64,000 bases of DNA from Pseudomonadota bacterium (GTDB lineage Bacteria > Pseudomonadota > Alphaproteobacteria > GCA-2731375): assembly GCA_027623205.1 (NCBI GenBank), contig JAQBYC010000004.1, positions 5,810-69,809 on the forward strand. Reading direction: 5' to 3'. Both the position numbers and the translations under genes were made by a program. Shown in pieces: positions 29,346-39,672 of this stretch (positions within the stretch are counted from its first letter, which is position 1; each line of letters begins with the position of its first letter). The notes under the pieces are model-generated. The model was not told the DNA's origin and ran no database searches. It saw only the letters and a list, made by a program, of their open reading frames with translations.

Positions 29346-32300
29346 TTAGCTTATGATCAACCTGCGGATATAGCGGTTTGCCAGGGCTAGTTTGGCGATG
29401 TCTATGCCGCCGGCCTCAAACTCGGCGATCATTTGGTCGCTACGAGCGATATCCGCCTTATTTGCGGCACACCATTTGTCAACCGCCTTGGTCCCGGCCG
29501 CGCCATTGGCCCGGCTCAATACGACAGAGGTCAGCGCCCGCTGCTGGCCACGCAGATCCTCGACGATCGACGCCGTCGCCTGACTTTGCCAGTGATCCTC
29601 GGCCTCCAGGGCTTCAGCCGCGCCGCATAGACGATCCAGGCCCAGGCGCGCGCCCAGGGCAAAGTGGACCCGGCCAACTTCGTCAACCGGGCGGCCGCTA
29701 TCGGCGGCAACCTGGACGATGTCACAGGCGGCGGTCAACGGTTCCAGCCCTTCGACACGGCGAGCCAAATTCCCGGGCACGCCCTGTTTGACCAACGCGG
29801 CCACGCTCTTGGCCAGTTTTTGTTTCTCGTGCGCACCGACGACCTTCTCCAATTGCCCGCTCAAACTCGCTATACCGGGGCCGAAATTGGCCATGGTCGA
29901 GTTGATTTTCAATGGTTGTTCGGCATTGCGCAGGAACCATAAGGTCATGCGGCGCAAAAACTCGGCCGCGGCCAGCACCATTCGCATCTGTACGGCGGTC
30001 GGAACTTTGGTGTCCAGGGTCTCGATATCATTCCAAAGCTGCCGCATTTCGAATAAGTCACGGGCGGCAGCGTAACTGCGGGCAATAGCCTCGACCGAGG
30101 CGCCCGTATCCTCGATCACGTCGTGGACGAAGGTGATACCGACCCGATTAACGATAGAATTGGCCATCACCGTCGCAATTATCTCGCGCCGTAGACGGTG
30201 CTGCAGAATTGCCGCGCCATGGCGTTTGCGTAACGGGCGGGGAAAATATTTCACCAGATCGGGAACCAGACCCTTGGAACTTGTCAAGTCGCTGCTCAGG
30301 AATTTCTCGTACAGCTCCATCTTGGCATAGGCCAGCAGAACGGATAACTCAGGCCGTGTCAGCCCTTCCCCTACCGCCATGCGGTCGGCCAGGGCCTCGT
30401 CATCGGGCAGGCATTCCACCCTGCGGTTCAAGCGGCCGGTACGTTCAAGATTTCGCATGTAACGGACGTGTGCCTGCAACAAAGCGGGCGCACGTTGCTG
30501 CAACATGCTCAGCGCCTGATTCTGCAGATAATTGTCCCGCAGGACCAGTTCACCAACCTCTTCGGTCATCTCGACCAATAGGCGGTCGCGCTGCTTTTCG
30601 GTCATCTCGCCGTCGGCCACCACCGCATCCACCAGGACCTTGATGTTGACCTCGTGATCCGAGCAATCAACACCGGCGGAGTTATCGATGGCGTCCGTGT
30701 TCAACCGGCCACCATTGCGGACAATTTCCTGCCGGCCCAGCTGGGTAATACCCAGATTGCCGCCTTCGCCAATAACCTTGCAGCGCACCTCGGCGCCGTT
30801 CACCCGAACCGCGTCATTGGCCCTGTCGCCCACATCCAGATCGCTTTCGCCGCCGGCCTTGATATAGGTACCGATGCCGCCGAACCACAGCAGATCCGCT
30901 TGCACCTGCAACAGGGCGTGGATCAATTCGTTCGGGGTCACCGCCTTTTCTTGCAACCCGGTCAGACGTTTGATTTCCGGGCTAAGCTCTATTGCCTTGG
31001 CCTTGCGGTCAAAAACGCCACCGCCCTTGCTGATCAGCTTGGCGTCGTAGTCTTCCCAGGAGGAACGGGGCAGCCCGAACAGACGTTTGCGTTCATTCCA
31101 GGTGATCGCCGCATCGGGCGCCGGATCGATGAAAATATTGCGATGATCGAATGCGGCAAGCAAACGAATGTGCCTGGACAACAGCATGCCATTGCCAAAC
31201 ACATCGCCCGACATATCACCGCAGGCAACAACCGTGAAATCTTCGTTCTGAATATCCCGGTCCATTTCCCGGAAGTGCCGTTTGACCGATTCCCAGGCCC
31301 CGCGCGCGGTGATGCCCATGGCCTTGTGGTCATAACCCTTGGCCCCGCCGGAGGCAAAAGCATCACCCAGCCAGAAGCCATAATCGATAGCCACGCCATT
31401 GGCGATATCCGAGAACGTGGCCGTTCCCTTGTCGGCCGCAACCACCAGATAGGGGTCATCATCGTCATAACGCTCAACCAGCGGCGGTGAAATCACCTCT
31501 TGGCCAACCAGATTATCGGTCAGATCCAACAGACCGCGGATAAATATCTTGTAGCAGTCGATGGCTTCTTCCAGCGCCGCCTCCCGACCCCCGGTCATGG
31601 GTAGCCGCTTGGGCACGAAGCCGCCTTTCGAACCGACCGGAACGATGACCGCGTTTTTGACCATCTGTGCCTTCATCAGGCCCAGTACCTCGGTGCGGAA
31701 ATCCTCCCGCCGGTCGGACCAGCGCAGGCCGCCACGGGCCACTTTGCCCCCCCGCATGTGGATGCCTTCCACGCGCGGGGAATAGACGAAAATTTCCCGG
31801 AACGGACGGGGCAGCGGCAATTCGTCCACCGCCAGACTGTCAAATTTTATGGCAAGATAAGGTTTGGGTCCACCGTCCTCGGCGACTTGGAAATAGTTTG
31901 TCCGCAATCCGGCCTGCACCAGGTTCAAAAAACGGCGCAGAATGCGGTCCTCGTCCAGACTGTCAACGGCTTCCAGACCATCGATGATATCAGCGGCCAA
32001 CTGGTCGGCCCTGGCCTGACGGTCAGCAATGGCGGCGGGATCGAAACGGATCAAAAAAAGCGCCGCGATCATTCGGGTGATATCATGGTTCCCCGCCAGG
32101 GTATGTTGCATATAATCCTGGCTGTAGGCGATGCCGGTCTGGCGCAGGTATTTGCATAGCGCGCGCAACACCACGACCTGACGCCAAGCCAGACCGGCCT
32201 TCAATACCAGGCGGTTGAAACCGTCATCCTCCACCTCTCCGGCCCAGACTTTCACGAATGCTTCTTCGAAGCTTGCCTTGACGGCACCGAGATCGATCCC

Positions 32301-34190
32301 CTCTCCATCCTGCTCTTCCAACAGAAAGTTGTGAATCCAGATGGTCTTGTCGCCGCTAAGGCTGATCTTGAAAGGTTCTTCGCCGATCACCCGCAAGCCC
32401 ATGTTTTCCAGCATCGGCAGACAATCCGACAAGGGCAGGGCCTGGCCGGGATGGTAGATCTTGAACCGCACCACATGATCCGCGTCCTCAATCATGCGGT
32501 AGATATTCAAACCAACGCCCGCGCCATTGATCAGGGTCTCGATGCCTTCAATATCGCGCAACGCAGTCTCGGCGTTGAAGCGTTCCGTATAGGATGTCGG
32601 AAAGGCCTTGCCATAACGCGCGGCCAGGCGGTTGCCACCCTCTTCGCCCCAATGCTCCACCAACGCGTCGTAGAAATCGTCTTGCCAGTCCCGCGCCGCG
32701 GTGATCAAACGCGCTTCGAGCGCCGCCGTATCAAGATCACCGGGCGCGCCGCCCTCGTTGATACCCAGGATAAAATGCACCCGCGCCAACGGGCTTTGGC
32801 TGACCTCCGTGTAGTAATTGGACAACCGGCCATTAACCGCCTGACACAGCATTTCGGAGAACCGTTCACGCAATTCGGTGCTCAATCGCTCCCGCGGCAT
32901 ATAGACCAGAACCGAGAAATAACGGTCAAAAGCGTCCCGCCGGACGAACATGCGAATGCGCGGGCGCTCCTGCAGGGCCAGTATTCCGGTGGCAATCCTG
33001 ACCAGGGTCTCCACATCGATCTGCCACAATTCATCCCTGGGATAGGTTTCCAGGATATGGGTCAAGGCCTTGCCGTCGTGACTGGAGGGCTCCGCCCCTG
33101 CCCGTTCGAGGGCCTGGGACAGCTTACGCCGCAATAAGGGTATGTCCCGTGGCGTACGATTGAAGGCGGACGAGGTAAACAGTCCGACGAAACGCCGTTC
33201 GCCGATTAGTTTTCCCTTGCCGTCGTAGCGCTTGATGCCGATGTAATCCATATGCACCGGGCGATGTACGGTGCCCCGAACACCGGTCTTGGTAACCAGC
33301 AGTATTTCCTCGCGCTGGAAGAAGCGCTCGGCGATGGAGGCTGTCGCCGGCGCCCCCCGCATATCCTGCCGGGTCAGGACGTAACGCGTTTCGTCTCGGA
33401 AGATACCCAGCGACGAGCCCGGCACAACGCTCAGGCGAGCTTCACCATCCCGTCTATTGTAGCTATAGTCCCGACTGCCAAGCAAAGTGAAGTGATTGTC
33501 CCGGATCCAAACCAGAAAGGCTGTGGATTCCGTCACCTCTTCCCGGCTTTGTGGGCAGGCGCCGGCTTCCATATGGGCGATGGCTTCGTCGAGTTGCGAC
33601 TGCATGGCCGGCCAATCCGCCACCGCCACCTTTACATCCGCCAGGACACCACGAAGATCATCGATGATCTTGTGCAACGCACCGGGATCGCTTTGTTCCG
33701 CGATCTGAATATGCATGATGGCCTCGGACAAACCGGCCTTGCCTTTGCCTGCGGGCGGCAGCAACTCCACCCGTCGGCCTTCATCATCCCGACGCAAACG
33801 GATCACCGGGTGGATCGCCAGATGGATCCGATGATCCCAATGGTTCAGATTACCGGTGATGGAATCCACCAGGAACGGCGAGTCATCGGTGATGATTTCG
33901 ACAATGGTATGAGACGACTTCCATCCGTGCTCCTCCATCGATGGGTTGTAGACCCGCATTTTGGCCTCGCCCACGGGGCGCTGCGCGGCAAACTTCCATA
34001 ACGACAGGGCGGCGCCGTAGAGATTTTCCGGCGGCGTTTCAATGATATCCTCGTGGGGCACGCGGGCATGGAATTGTTGGCAGAACGCTCTGATCTGGGA
34101 GGCCTCGGCAGACTTGAAGCGTTTGCCCACCATTCGAGACACTTCTTCCAGGCGGCTGTCTTTTGCTTCCCGTGCTCTGTTATCCAACAT
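29346..34190 (-). CDS. gdhB: Large NAD-specific glutamate dehydrogenase (about 180 kDa class).
   Basis: 1614 aa. The central catalytic region ...HMRGGKVARGGLRWSDRREDFRTEVLGLMKAQMVKNAVIVPVGSKGGF...VVAADKGTATFSD... is characteristic of the Bac_GDH family. Confidence 0.9.
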   Translation of the reverse strand: MLDNRAREAKDSRLEEVSRMVGKRFKSAEASQIRAFCQQFHARVPHEDIIETPPENLYGAALSLWKFAAQRPVGEAKMRVYNPSMEEHGWKSSHTIVEIITDDSPFLVDSITGNLNHWDHRIHLAIHPVIRLRRDDEGRRVELLPPAGKGKAGLSEAIMHIQIAEQSDPGALHKIIDDLRGVLADVKVAVADWPAMQSQLDEAIAHMEAGACPQSREEVTESTAFLVWIRDNHFTLLGSRDYSYNRRDGEARLSVVPGSSLGIFRDETRYVLTRQDMRGAPATASIAERFFQREEILLVTKTGVRGTVHRPVHMDYIGIKRYDGKGKLIGERRFVGLFTSSAFNRTPRDIPLLRRKLSQALERAGAEPSSHDGKALTHILETYPRDELWQIDVETLVRIATGILALQERPRIRMFVRRDAFDRYFSVLVYMPRERLSTELRERFSEMLCQAVNGRLSNYYTEVSQSPLARVHFILGINEGGAPGDLDTAALEARLITAARDWQDDFYDALVEHWGEEGGNRLAARYGKAFPTSYTERFNAETALRDIEGIETLINGAGVGLNIYRMIEDADHVVRFKIYHPGQALPLSDCLPMLENMGLRVIGEEPFKISLSGDKTIWIHNFLLEEQDGEGIDLGAVKASFEEAFVKVWAGEVEDDGFNRLVLKAGLAWRQVVVLRALCKYLRQTGIAYSQDYMQHTLAGNHDITRMIAALFLIRFDPAAIADRQARADQLAADIIDGLEAVDSLDEDRILRRFLNLVQAGLRTNYFQVAEDGGPKPYLAIKFDSLAVDELPLPRPFREIFVYSPRVEGIHMRGGKVARGGLRWSDRREDFRTEVLGLMKAQMVKNAVIVPVGSKGGFVPKRLPMTGGREAALEEAIDCYKIFIRGLLDLTDNLVGQEVISPPLVERYDDDDPYLVVAADKGTATFSDIANGVAIDYGFWLGDAFASGGAKGYDHKAMGITARGAWESVKRHFREMDRDIQNEDFTVVACGDMSGDVFGNGMLLSRHIRLLAAFDHRNIFIDPAPDAAITWNERKRLFGLPRSSWEDYDAKLISKGGGVFDRKAKAIELSPEIKRLTGLQEKAVTPNELIHALLQVQADLLWFGGIGTYIKAGGESDLDVGDRANDAVRVNGAEVRCKVIGEGGNLGITQLGRQEIVRNGGRLNTDAIDNSAGVDCSDHEVNIKVLVDAVVADGEMTEKQRDRLLVEMTEEVGELVLRDNYLQNQALSMLQQRAPALLQAHVRYMRNLERTGRLNRRVECLPDDEALADRMAVGEGLTRPELSVLLAYAKMELYEKFLSSDLTSSKGLVPDLVKYFPRPLRKRHGAAILQHRLRREIIATVMANSIVNRVGITFVHDVIEDTGASVEAIARSYAAARDLFEMRQLWNDIETLDTKVPTAVQMRMVLAAAEFLRRMTLWFLRNAEQPLKINSTMANFGPGIASLSGQLEKVVGAHEKQKLAKSVAALVKQGVPGNLARRVEGLEPLTAACDIVQVAADSGRPVDEVGRVHFALGARLGLDRLCGAAEALEAEDHWQSQATASIVEDLRGQQRALTSVVLSRANGAAGTKAVDKWCAANKADIARSDQMIAEFEAGGIDIAKLALANRYIRRLIIS

Positions 34191-34290
34191 CGTCTAGTTC
34201 CTTAAAAAAATTTCCGCCAGGACAGGGAACTGCCTGAGTTTGGCTGACGCACGGAAAAACAAACCGGAGTGGGTGTATTCGCCAAACAAA

Positions 34291-34320
34291 GATTATTTAG
34301 AATTACTACAATAAATAATC
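34291..34320. promoter_or_regulatory. Perfect 9-bp inverted repeat in the AT-rich gdhB upstream region, a candidate operator.
   Basis: GATTATTTA (34291-34299) and TAAATAATC (34312-34320) separated by 12 nt, about 100 nt upstream of the gdhB start. Confidence 0.35.
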
Positions 34321-34515
34321 TCTCTCAGATAATATATAAAGAATAGTTACTATTTTGTTGAAGCGTAGGCCCGTGTTTTTCTGAATATTTCAGAATGGGC
34401 GGATGTCACGTGTTTGCACGGCGCGACTTCGAAATGGGCTGGCGTTTGGCCAGCGCGCTCGTGCGACCGCGTCGGGGGCATTGCATCAACCCGCGCTGAT
34501 TGCAAACCATTGGCA

Positions 34516-35310
34516 TCATGCCCGAACAGCGCCAGTTTTCAACAGCTCCTCGACATCGACCTTGCTATCATCATAGTCGAGTGGAAATTTAAACGGAGCC
34601 GGTGATATGCGCCGTAGTAGGATTTTGACGCCGGTATCCATTGATGCCATCGGCGGCATGCCGTTGTCCAACAGGACTTGCGGAATGGGTTGGTTGCCCG
34701 GCGACTGACTGTATTGCTGATACACCAATTCATAGTTGTTGGCGATCAACAGACGCTCGAAGAACTTTACGTCATATTTATAGAAGCCATGATAATAGAA
34801 ATCTGACATCGGCAAACTATGCCACATGATGCCGCCATCGGGACTGGTCAAATCGTGGATGACTTTAAAACAATTTGCCTGGTTGAAAACATGCTCTGTC
34901 GTGCCAAAGTTTTGCACCAGATGTCCTGCGCCCATCAAGTCCTCGGGTACCGGATCGTGATTTAGATCGAAAACAACACTGTTTTCCGATTCATAGACAT
35001 CCAACGCAAGGTATTTGAACCCCAACAGTCCAAATAGGGGGCCGCTGAAACGTAAATTCAGGAAATCGCTGATTTTGAGATTCCTGAAGTCGTCCTCGGG
35101 AAGAAATTGAGCCATAACATCATGCAGCTTGAAGATATCGATGCCGTTGTTGAACTCCTGTGCGCCAAGATCTATCAGAAACGCCTCTTTCGGAATTATG
35201 CCTTGTTCCGCGAGCGCCCGTGCGAAAAAGACATCGTCAATTGAAGTACCCATTGTTTCAAAGTTTCCATACAAATGCAGTGCATTTTCCCGTTGCGTAT
35301 TTGCAACCAA
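34516..35310 (-). CDS. Probable class I SAM-dependent methyltransferase-like protein, in an AT-rich gene.
   Basis: LIDLGAQEFNNG (motif I-like), LALDVYE (acidic end of beta-2) and VQNFGTTEHVFN (LEHV-like). Starts 12 nt downstream of the radical SAM gene stop. Confidence 0.45.
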   Translation of the reverse strand: MVANTQRENALHLYGNFETMGTSIDDVFFARALAEQGIIPKEAFLIDLGAQEFNNGIDIFKLHDVMAQFLPEDDFRNLKISDFLNLRFSGPLFGLLGFKYLALDVYESENSVVFDLNHDPVPEDLMGAGHLVQNFGTTEHVFNQANCFKVIHDLTSPDGGIMWHSLPMSDFYYHGFYKYDVKFFERLLIANNYELVYQQYSQSPGNQPIPQVLLDNGMPPMASMDTGVKILLRRISPAPFKFPLDYDDSKVDVEELLKTGAVRA

Positions 35311-35322
35311 GCGCCGCCGGGT

Positions 35323-37623
35323 TTATCCGACCGCGCCCGCTTTTTTGATCAGGGCGTCGACCTGATCGCCCATGAAGCGATAGGTGGCGGCAAGATTGCC
35401 ATCGCCTTCCCCCGTCACCTGGCGCAACGCCATGAGGCGCTGCAGAAAATAAATTACCGGATAGGCACTTGAGGTCTCCAGCTTGGCGGGCTCGAAATCG
35501 GCGAAGAAATGGCCTAGCCGCGGCGCCTGGGCCGGAGATAAACTGGTACCGCCTACGAGGCGAAGGTCAGCCGCTCTCTGGTCCGCACCTTGCCCTCTTG
35601 CAATCGCCGAACGCCCCTCGGCCTGAGCGATCAAAACCTTAATCTCGCCGCGCAGCGTTTCCAGATCGGCTAGCGCGTCGCTCTTTTCCGCTGAATTGTG
35701 ATCGGCGATCATGCGCTGCAGAAAAAACACCACTGGATAGGTATCGGAGGCAGCCATTTGATGCAGATCGAAGTCGGCCAGAGCCTGCTGGGCGGCGTGA
35801 TGCTGATCCTGATCCACCTTCCTATCGCTGCCGTGCAGGCCGTGGTTCAGATGGACCGGCGGACAGGCCTGCCGCCAGGCCGGATTGATGAATTGCGCGA
35901 TGCACCGGATGGTGGCGGGATCGTCAAGTGCCTCGGTTGATACCTGCATGTTGTTGGGGAACAGATGCAGATTTTGGTCGATCAGGCGGTGCGCGGTGTC
36001 ATAGAACCAGCCAAGCCGTTCGTCGAGAGAAAGGGCGTTCCAGACATCCGCCTCCATCTCGCCCAGCAGGACCGCCGTCGGCGGCGCCGGATCATAAGGT
36101 GCATCCGTCGCCGTCGTATCTGTTCGTACAGGCGCAATATAGCCGTCCCAGGCCAAGGGATCGGACTGCGCCTGATGGCGCATGGAGGCGATGCAGCCAT
36201 CACGGTCCCGTTTCACATGGATCACGCGCACATCATCGCCGAAGGCATGGTGTAGCACAGGCACGACAAAGCTAAAGATATTGCCCGAGACCACTTCGGC
36301 GCTCATGGTATCGCAGATGGTATGCATCCACGCGTCATCGCCGTCCCTGTAATATTTGGCCGTGCCGGCGAAGCTGCGAAAACTGTTCGCTTCATGGTGC
36401 AGCGCGGCCTGCTCGCCGTTGGCGGCATGCAGATCGGCGACCAAACGGCCAAGTGAACGGGTGCCATCACGGCCGGCACCGAGCACTAAAACCCGTGGCG
36501 GCCGGTTCGGCGTTGGCTCCTCGAAATGTTGCGATAGCTCTTCAAAACGGGGACTTTCTTTCACCAAGGGGTGGAAATGCGCTTTCCAGTCATCGAAGGT
36601 CTGGAACATGGTGCAGTTCTGGCAGGTATTCATCCAGCGTTCGCGGCGCAGCTTCTGATATGGCTTGCCGTTCCAGACTGCATCAAAACCCTTTACGAAC
36701 GCATCGCCCATGTTGACATCGCCGATATGGCAACAGGGCACGGTCTGGCCAGGCGTAAAAACAATGGCCTGTTCGATGGGCCACCTGCAATCGCGCTCGG
36801 CATCGAACGATTTGATCTCCTCCTTGAAAAACTGCCGCGCATTGACGGTGACACCCAATTCTTTACCCAATGCAATCGCCCCACCTACGGCGGCGTTATA
36901 GCGCTCCTTCTGGAAATAGACGCTGAATTCGATGTTCTCGACCCGGTTCACCATGTAATGGGTGAAATTGATCAGGCTTACGCCCAGGCTTCTCGCCAGC
37001 CGCACGAATTCGGGCATTTCGTCAATATTATCGCGATGCACGACATAATGCAGGGCCACCCGCCGGGCCGATTGCGCCCCCAGACCTGACATGAAATCGG
37101 CGATCCGGCCCACCGTGCGCTCGAACTGGCAGGGCCGTTCACGCTCATTGTCCTCGGCAAACTGCTTGCCGCGGTAGGCTTTGGGCGCGTTCTCGCGGGT
37201 ATAGCGGAACAGATAGGGATACATGTCCCGCTTATAGGTTTCGGGAAGCGCCGCATTGAGGGAAATCGCCAAATTGTTCAGCCGCTTGTCCAGTTTTTCG
37301 CCCCACGCACGTGTCAACAGGGTGCCATTTGAAACAAACTCGATTAAATCCTCGCGCGGGTTTATGGAGTAAATGTAGTCCAGGGCTTCGCCCAATTGCG
37401 GATGCAGAAACGTCTCGCCAAAGCCGGTCAATTGGATGATCCGGGCATCACGCAGTGACGATTCCATGCCGTAAAGGTTTTCCAGCGCCAGATTGCGGCC
37501 CTTGCTGCCAAGTTGCCCCTCGAACTCCTCGCGGGTGCAAATAAAACACTTCAGATTACATCGGTCTGTCAGTGCAACCGTCAATTTATACGGATTCGGC
37601 GCCTTCGCCGGCAAATTGGTCAT
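35323..37623 (-). CDS. Radical SAM/SPASM-like domain fused to a sulfotransferase-like domain and a C-terminal duplicated module.
   Basis: CNLKCFIC (CxxxCxxC, aa 22-29). Cys-rich auxiliary region CRWP...VPCCH...TCQNCTMF (aa 279-338). LGAGRDGTRSLG and IHVKRDRDGCIAS resemble the sulfotransferase 5'-PSB and 3'-PB motifs. aa 611-670 and 703-762 are repeats sharing ADF...YPV(V/I)(F/Y)FLQR. Confidence 0.75.
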   Translation of the reverse strand: MTNLPAKAPNPYKLTVALTDRCNLKCFICTREEFEGQLGSKGRNLALENLYGMESSLRDARIIQLTGFGETFLHPQLGEALDYIYSINPREDLIEFVSNGTLLTRAWGEKLDKRLNNLAISLNAALPETYKRDMYPYLFRYTRENAPKAYRGKQFAEDNERERPCQFERTVGRIADFMSGLGAQSARRVALHYVVHRDNIDEMPEFVRLARSLGVSLINFTHYMVNRVENIEFSVYFQKERYNAAVGGAIALGKELGVTVNARQFFKEEIKSFDAERDCRWPIEQAIVFTPGQTVPCCHIGDVNMGDAFVKGFDAVWNGKPYQKLRRERWMNTCQNCTMFQTFDDWKAHFHPLVKESPRFEELSQHFEEPTPNRPPRVLVLGAGRDGTRSLGRLVADLHAANGEQAALHHEANSFRSFAGTAKYYRDGDDAWMHTICDTMSAEVVSGNIFSFVVPVLHHAFGDDVRVIHVKRDRDGCIASMRHQAQSDPLAWDGYIAPVRTDTTATDAPYDPAPPTAVLLGEMEADVWNALSLDERLGWFYDTAHRLIDQNLHLFPNNMQVSTEALDDPATIRCIAQFINPAWRQACPPVHLNHGLHGSDRKVDQDQHHAAQQALADFDLHQMAASDTYPVVFFLQRMIADHNSAEKSDALADLETLRGEIKVLIAQAEGRSAIARGQGADQRAADLRLVGGTSLSPAQAPRLGHFFADFEPAKLETSSAYPVIYFLQRLMALRQVTGEGDGNLAATYRFMGDQVDALIKKAGAVG

Positions 37624-37725
37624 CGCGCTTTAACCCATCAATCCTACCATGATCCCCACCTAGTACATTGACAGGTTAAACGCAGAAGCTGAACGAATGG
37701 TAAATCAGGGTAAAGGGTATTAACC

Positions 37726-38658
37726 CTAATCCAGTTGGTCCCCAGGTTGCAGGGGGTTGCCGCGCAGAAAATCCGCTGCCGCCATCACCGCCCTGCCCGA
37801 CCGCTGCAAACGGGAGAGGCGCAATGCGCCCTCGCCACAGGCAATCAGCAGGTTATCGTCCAGGACCGTGCCCGGCGGAGCGCCCGCCTCTCCCATTTCG
37901 GGCCGGGCCAAAAGAACCTTGATGCGGACGCTTTGCCTTTCGCACCACGCGCCGGGAAAGGGCGATAAGCCGCGGATCAGGCGATCCAGCTCCACGGCCG
38001 GCCGGCTCCAATCGATGCACGCTTCCGCTTTGTCGATCTTTTTCGCATAGGTAACGCCCACCTCGGGCTGGGGGTGTACCTGCAATTGCCCACTGGCCGC
38101 ACCTCGTAGGGCCTCCACCATCATGGGTGCGCCCATTTCAGCCAGTTGCGCACTGAGTTCCCCCGCCGTGGCCTCGGCCGCGATGGGGAGTTCCGCGCGC
38201 AACAGCACGGCACCGGTATCAAGGCCCTCGTCCATGGCCATGATGCAAATGCCGGTCACGGGATCACCAGCCATTAGCGCCCGCTGGATCGGCGCCGCGC
38301 CGCGCCAACGGGGCAATAACGAGCCATGCAGGTTGAAACAGCCCAGGCGCGGCGCCTGTAGAATTGCCGCCGGCAGTATCAGGCCATAAGCGACCACCGC
38401 CGCCGCGTCCGCCCCCAAGGCGCGAAATTCAGCCTGGGCTTCCGCCGACTTCAGGTCGGCTGGCGTGTGAACAGGAATGTCGTGCGCCAGGGCGGCGGCA
38501 TGTATGGGCGTAGGCCGGAGCTGCTTGCCACGCCCGGCCCGGCGCGGCGGCTGACTATAGACCGCCGTCACCTCGATCCCGTCGGCTGCCCGCAACGCGG
38601 CGAGGGTCGGCACCGCGAAGTCCGGCGTACCCATGAAGACGATCCGCAAGTCCGCCAT
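37726..38658 (-). CDS. fmt: Methionyl-tRNA formyltransferase.
   Basis: [13 protein letters not shown]...[16 protein letters not shown]...[19 protein letters not shown] are Fmt hallmarks. Lies downstream of def. Confidence 0.95.
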   Translation of the reverse strand: MADLRIVFMGTPDFAVPTLAALRAADGIEVTAVYSQPPRRAGRGKQLRPTPIHAAALAHDIPVHTPADLKSAEAQAEFRALGADAAAVVAYGLILPAAILQAPRLGCFNLHGSLLPRWRGAAPIQRALMAGDPVTGICIMAMDEGLDTGAVLLRAELPIAAEATAGELSAQLAEMGAPMMVEALRGAASGQLQVHPQPEVGVTYAKKIDKAEACIDWSRPAVELDRLIRGLSPFPGAWCERQSVRIKVLLARPEMGEAGAPPGTVLDDNLLIACGEGALRLSRLQRSGRAVMAAADFLRGNPLQPGDQLD

Positions 38659-38677
38659 TTTGTATGCTGCCTTTGTT

Positions 38678-39196
38678 TTAGGCGGTGACCTTTTGCCGCT
38701 TGGCCTTATCCAGCTTGCGCAAAATCATGCCGCGTTTAACGGCAGACAAGCGATCCACAAACAGACGGCCCTTCAGATGATCCATTTCGTGCTGGATACA
38801 GCGCGACAACAAGCCCTCGGCATGCAATTGCCGCTGCTGACCATGATAATCCAGGAATTCCACCGTGATTGCCCCAGGTCGGTCCAGATCGGCAAACTGT
38901 TCGGGCAAGGACAGACAACCCTCATTATAGCTCGCCAGCTCTTCGGAATATTCCACGATGTCCGGGTTGATCAGGTACAGCGGCGCATTCACCTCGTCGT
39001 CCCGCGAGACGTCAATAGTAATCAGGCATTTCGGAATACCGATCTGCACCGCGGACAGGCCGATGCCCGGCGCCTGGTACATGGTTTCCAACATATCGTC
39101 CAAAATTTTCCGCACTTTATCGTCGACCGCTTCCACGGGCCTGGATTTCACCTTCAAACGCCGGTCCGGTGCGGTGATAATAGATAAAATCGTCAT
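38678..39196 (-). CDS. def: Peptide deformylase.
   Basis: [15 protein letters not shown] and HEMDHL, the three deformylase motifs. Confidence 0.95.
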   Translation of the reverse strand: MTILSIITAPDRRLKVKSRPVEAVDDKVRKILDDMLETMYQAPGIGLSAVQIGIPKCLITIDVSRDDEVNAPLYLINPDIVEYSEELASYNEGCLSLPEQFADLDRPGAITVEFLDYHGQQRQLHAEGLLSRCIQHEMDHLKGRLFVDRLSAVKRGMILRKLDKAKRQKVTA

Positions 39197-39672
39197 ATGT
39201 CGTTGCCGTGCACAGGATCAATACAGACCAAAATGGAGTTCTAGCCTCTAGGTAGTATGGCGCCGGAACCGGGTCAAGTTCCCGCGCACCACTTTGGGGG
39301 CAAATTGGAACGCACCGCGACATCAACATGTAGATCGGCGCGCTGGCCCCTTCTACTCTGTTGCCGGTTTTGGGCAGGATTGCCCACCTGCCTTGGCTCC
39401 GCCGGGCGGCGCGATTTTAGGACGTCCGGTAGGCCGCGGCGGAGGACGACACCCCGGGCCTGCCGGCGGCGGGTATCGAGGGCCCTTGGGCGCATCGTTG
39501 GTAGATTTGCCAGAACATGGCGCCAGTCGGCAAAAATTTCTGTCGCTATGGTAAAAATATCATTAAAAAATGGGCACAGTATATCGAATCGATATATTGT
39601 GATTCATAATAAATATGCTATATAGCCCTTATGGCAGTTGGATGCCGGATGAAATAACTCTATCCGGGCAAC

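Noticed and set aside
34414-34605. 63-aa plus-strand ORF in the gdhB / methyltransferase spacer, considered as a possible substrate peptide for the radical SAM-sulfotransferase fusion.
   Set aside because: It is on the opposite strand and overlaps the 3' end of the methyltransferase-like gene. It has no repeat or Cys/aromatic-rich core and no ribosome-binding site that I could see.
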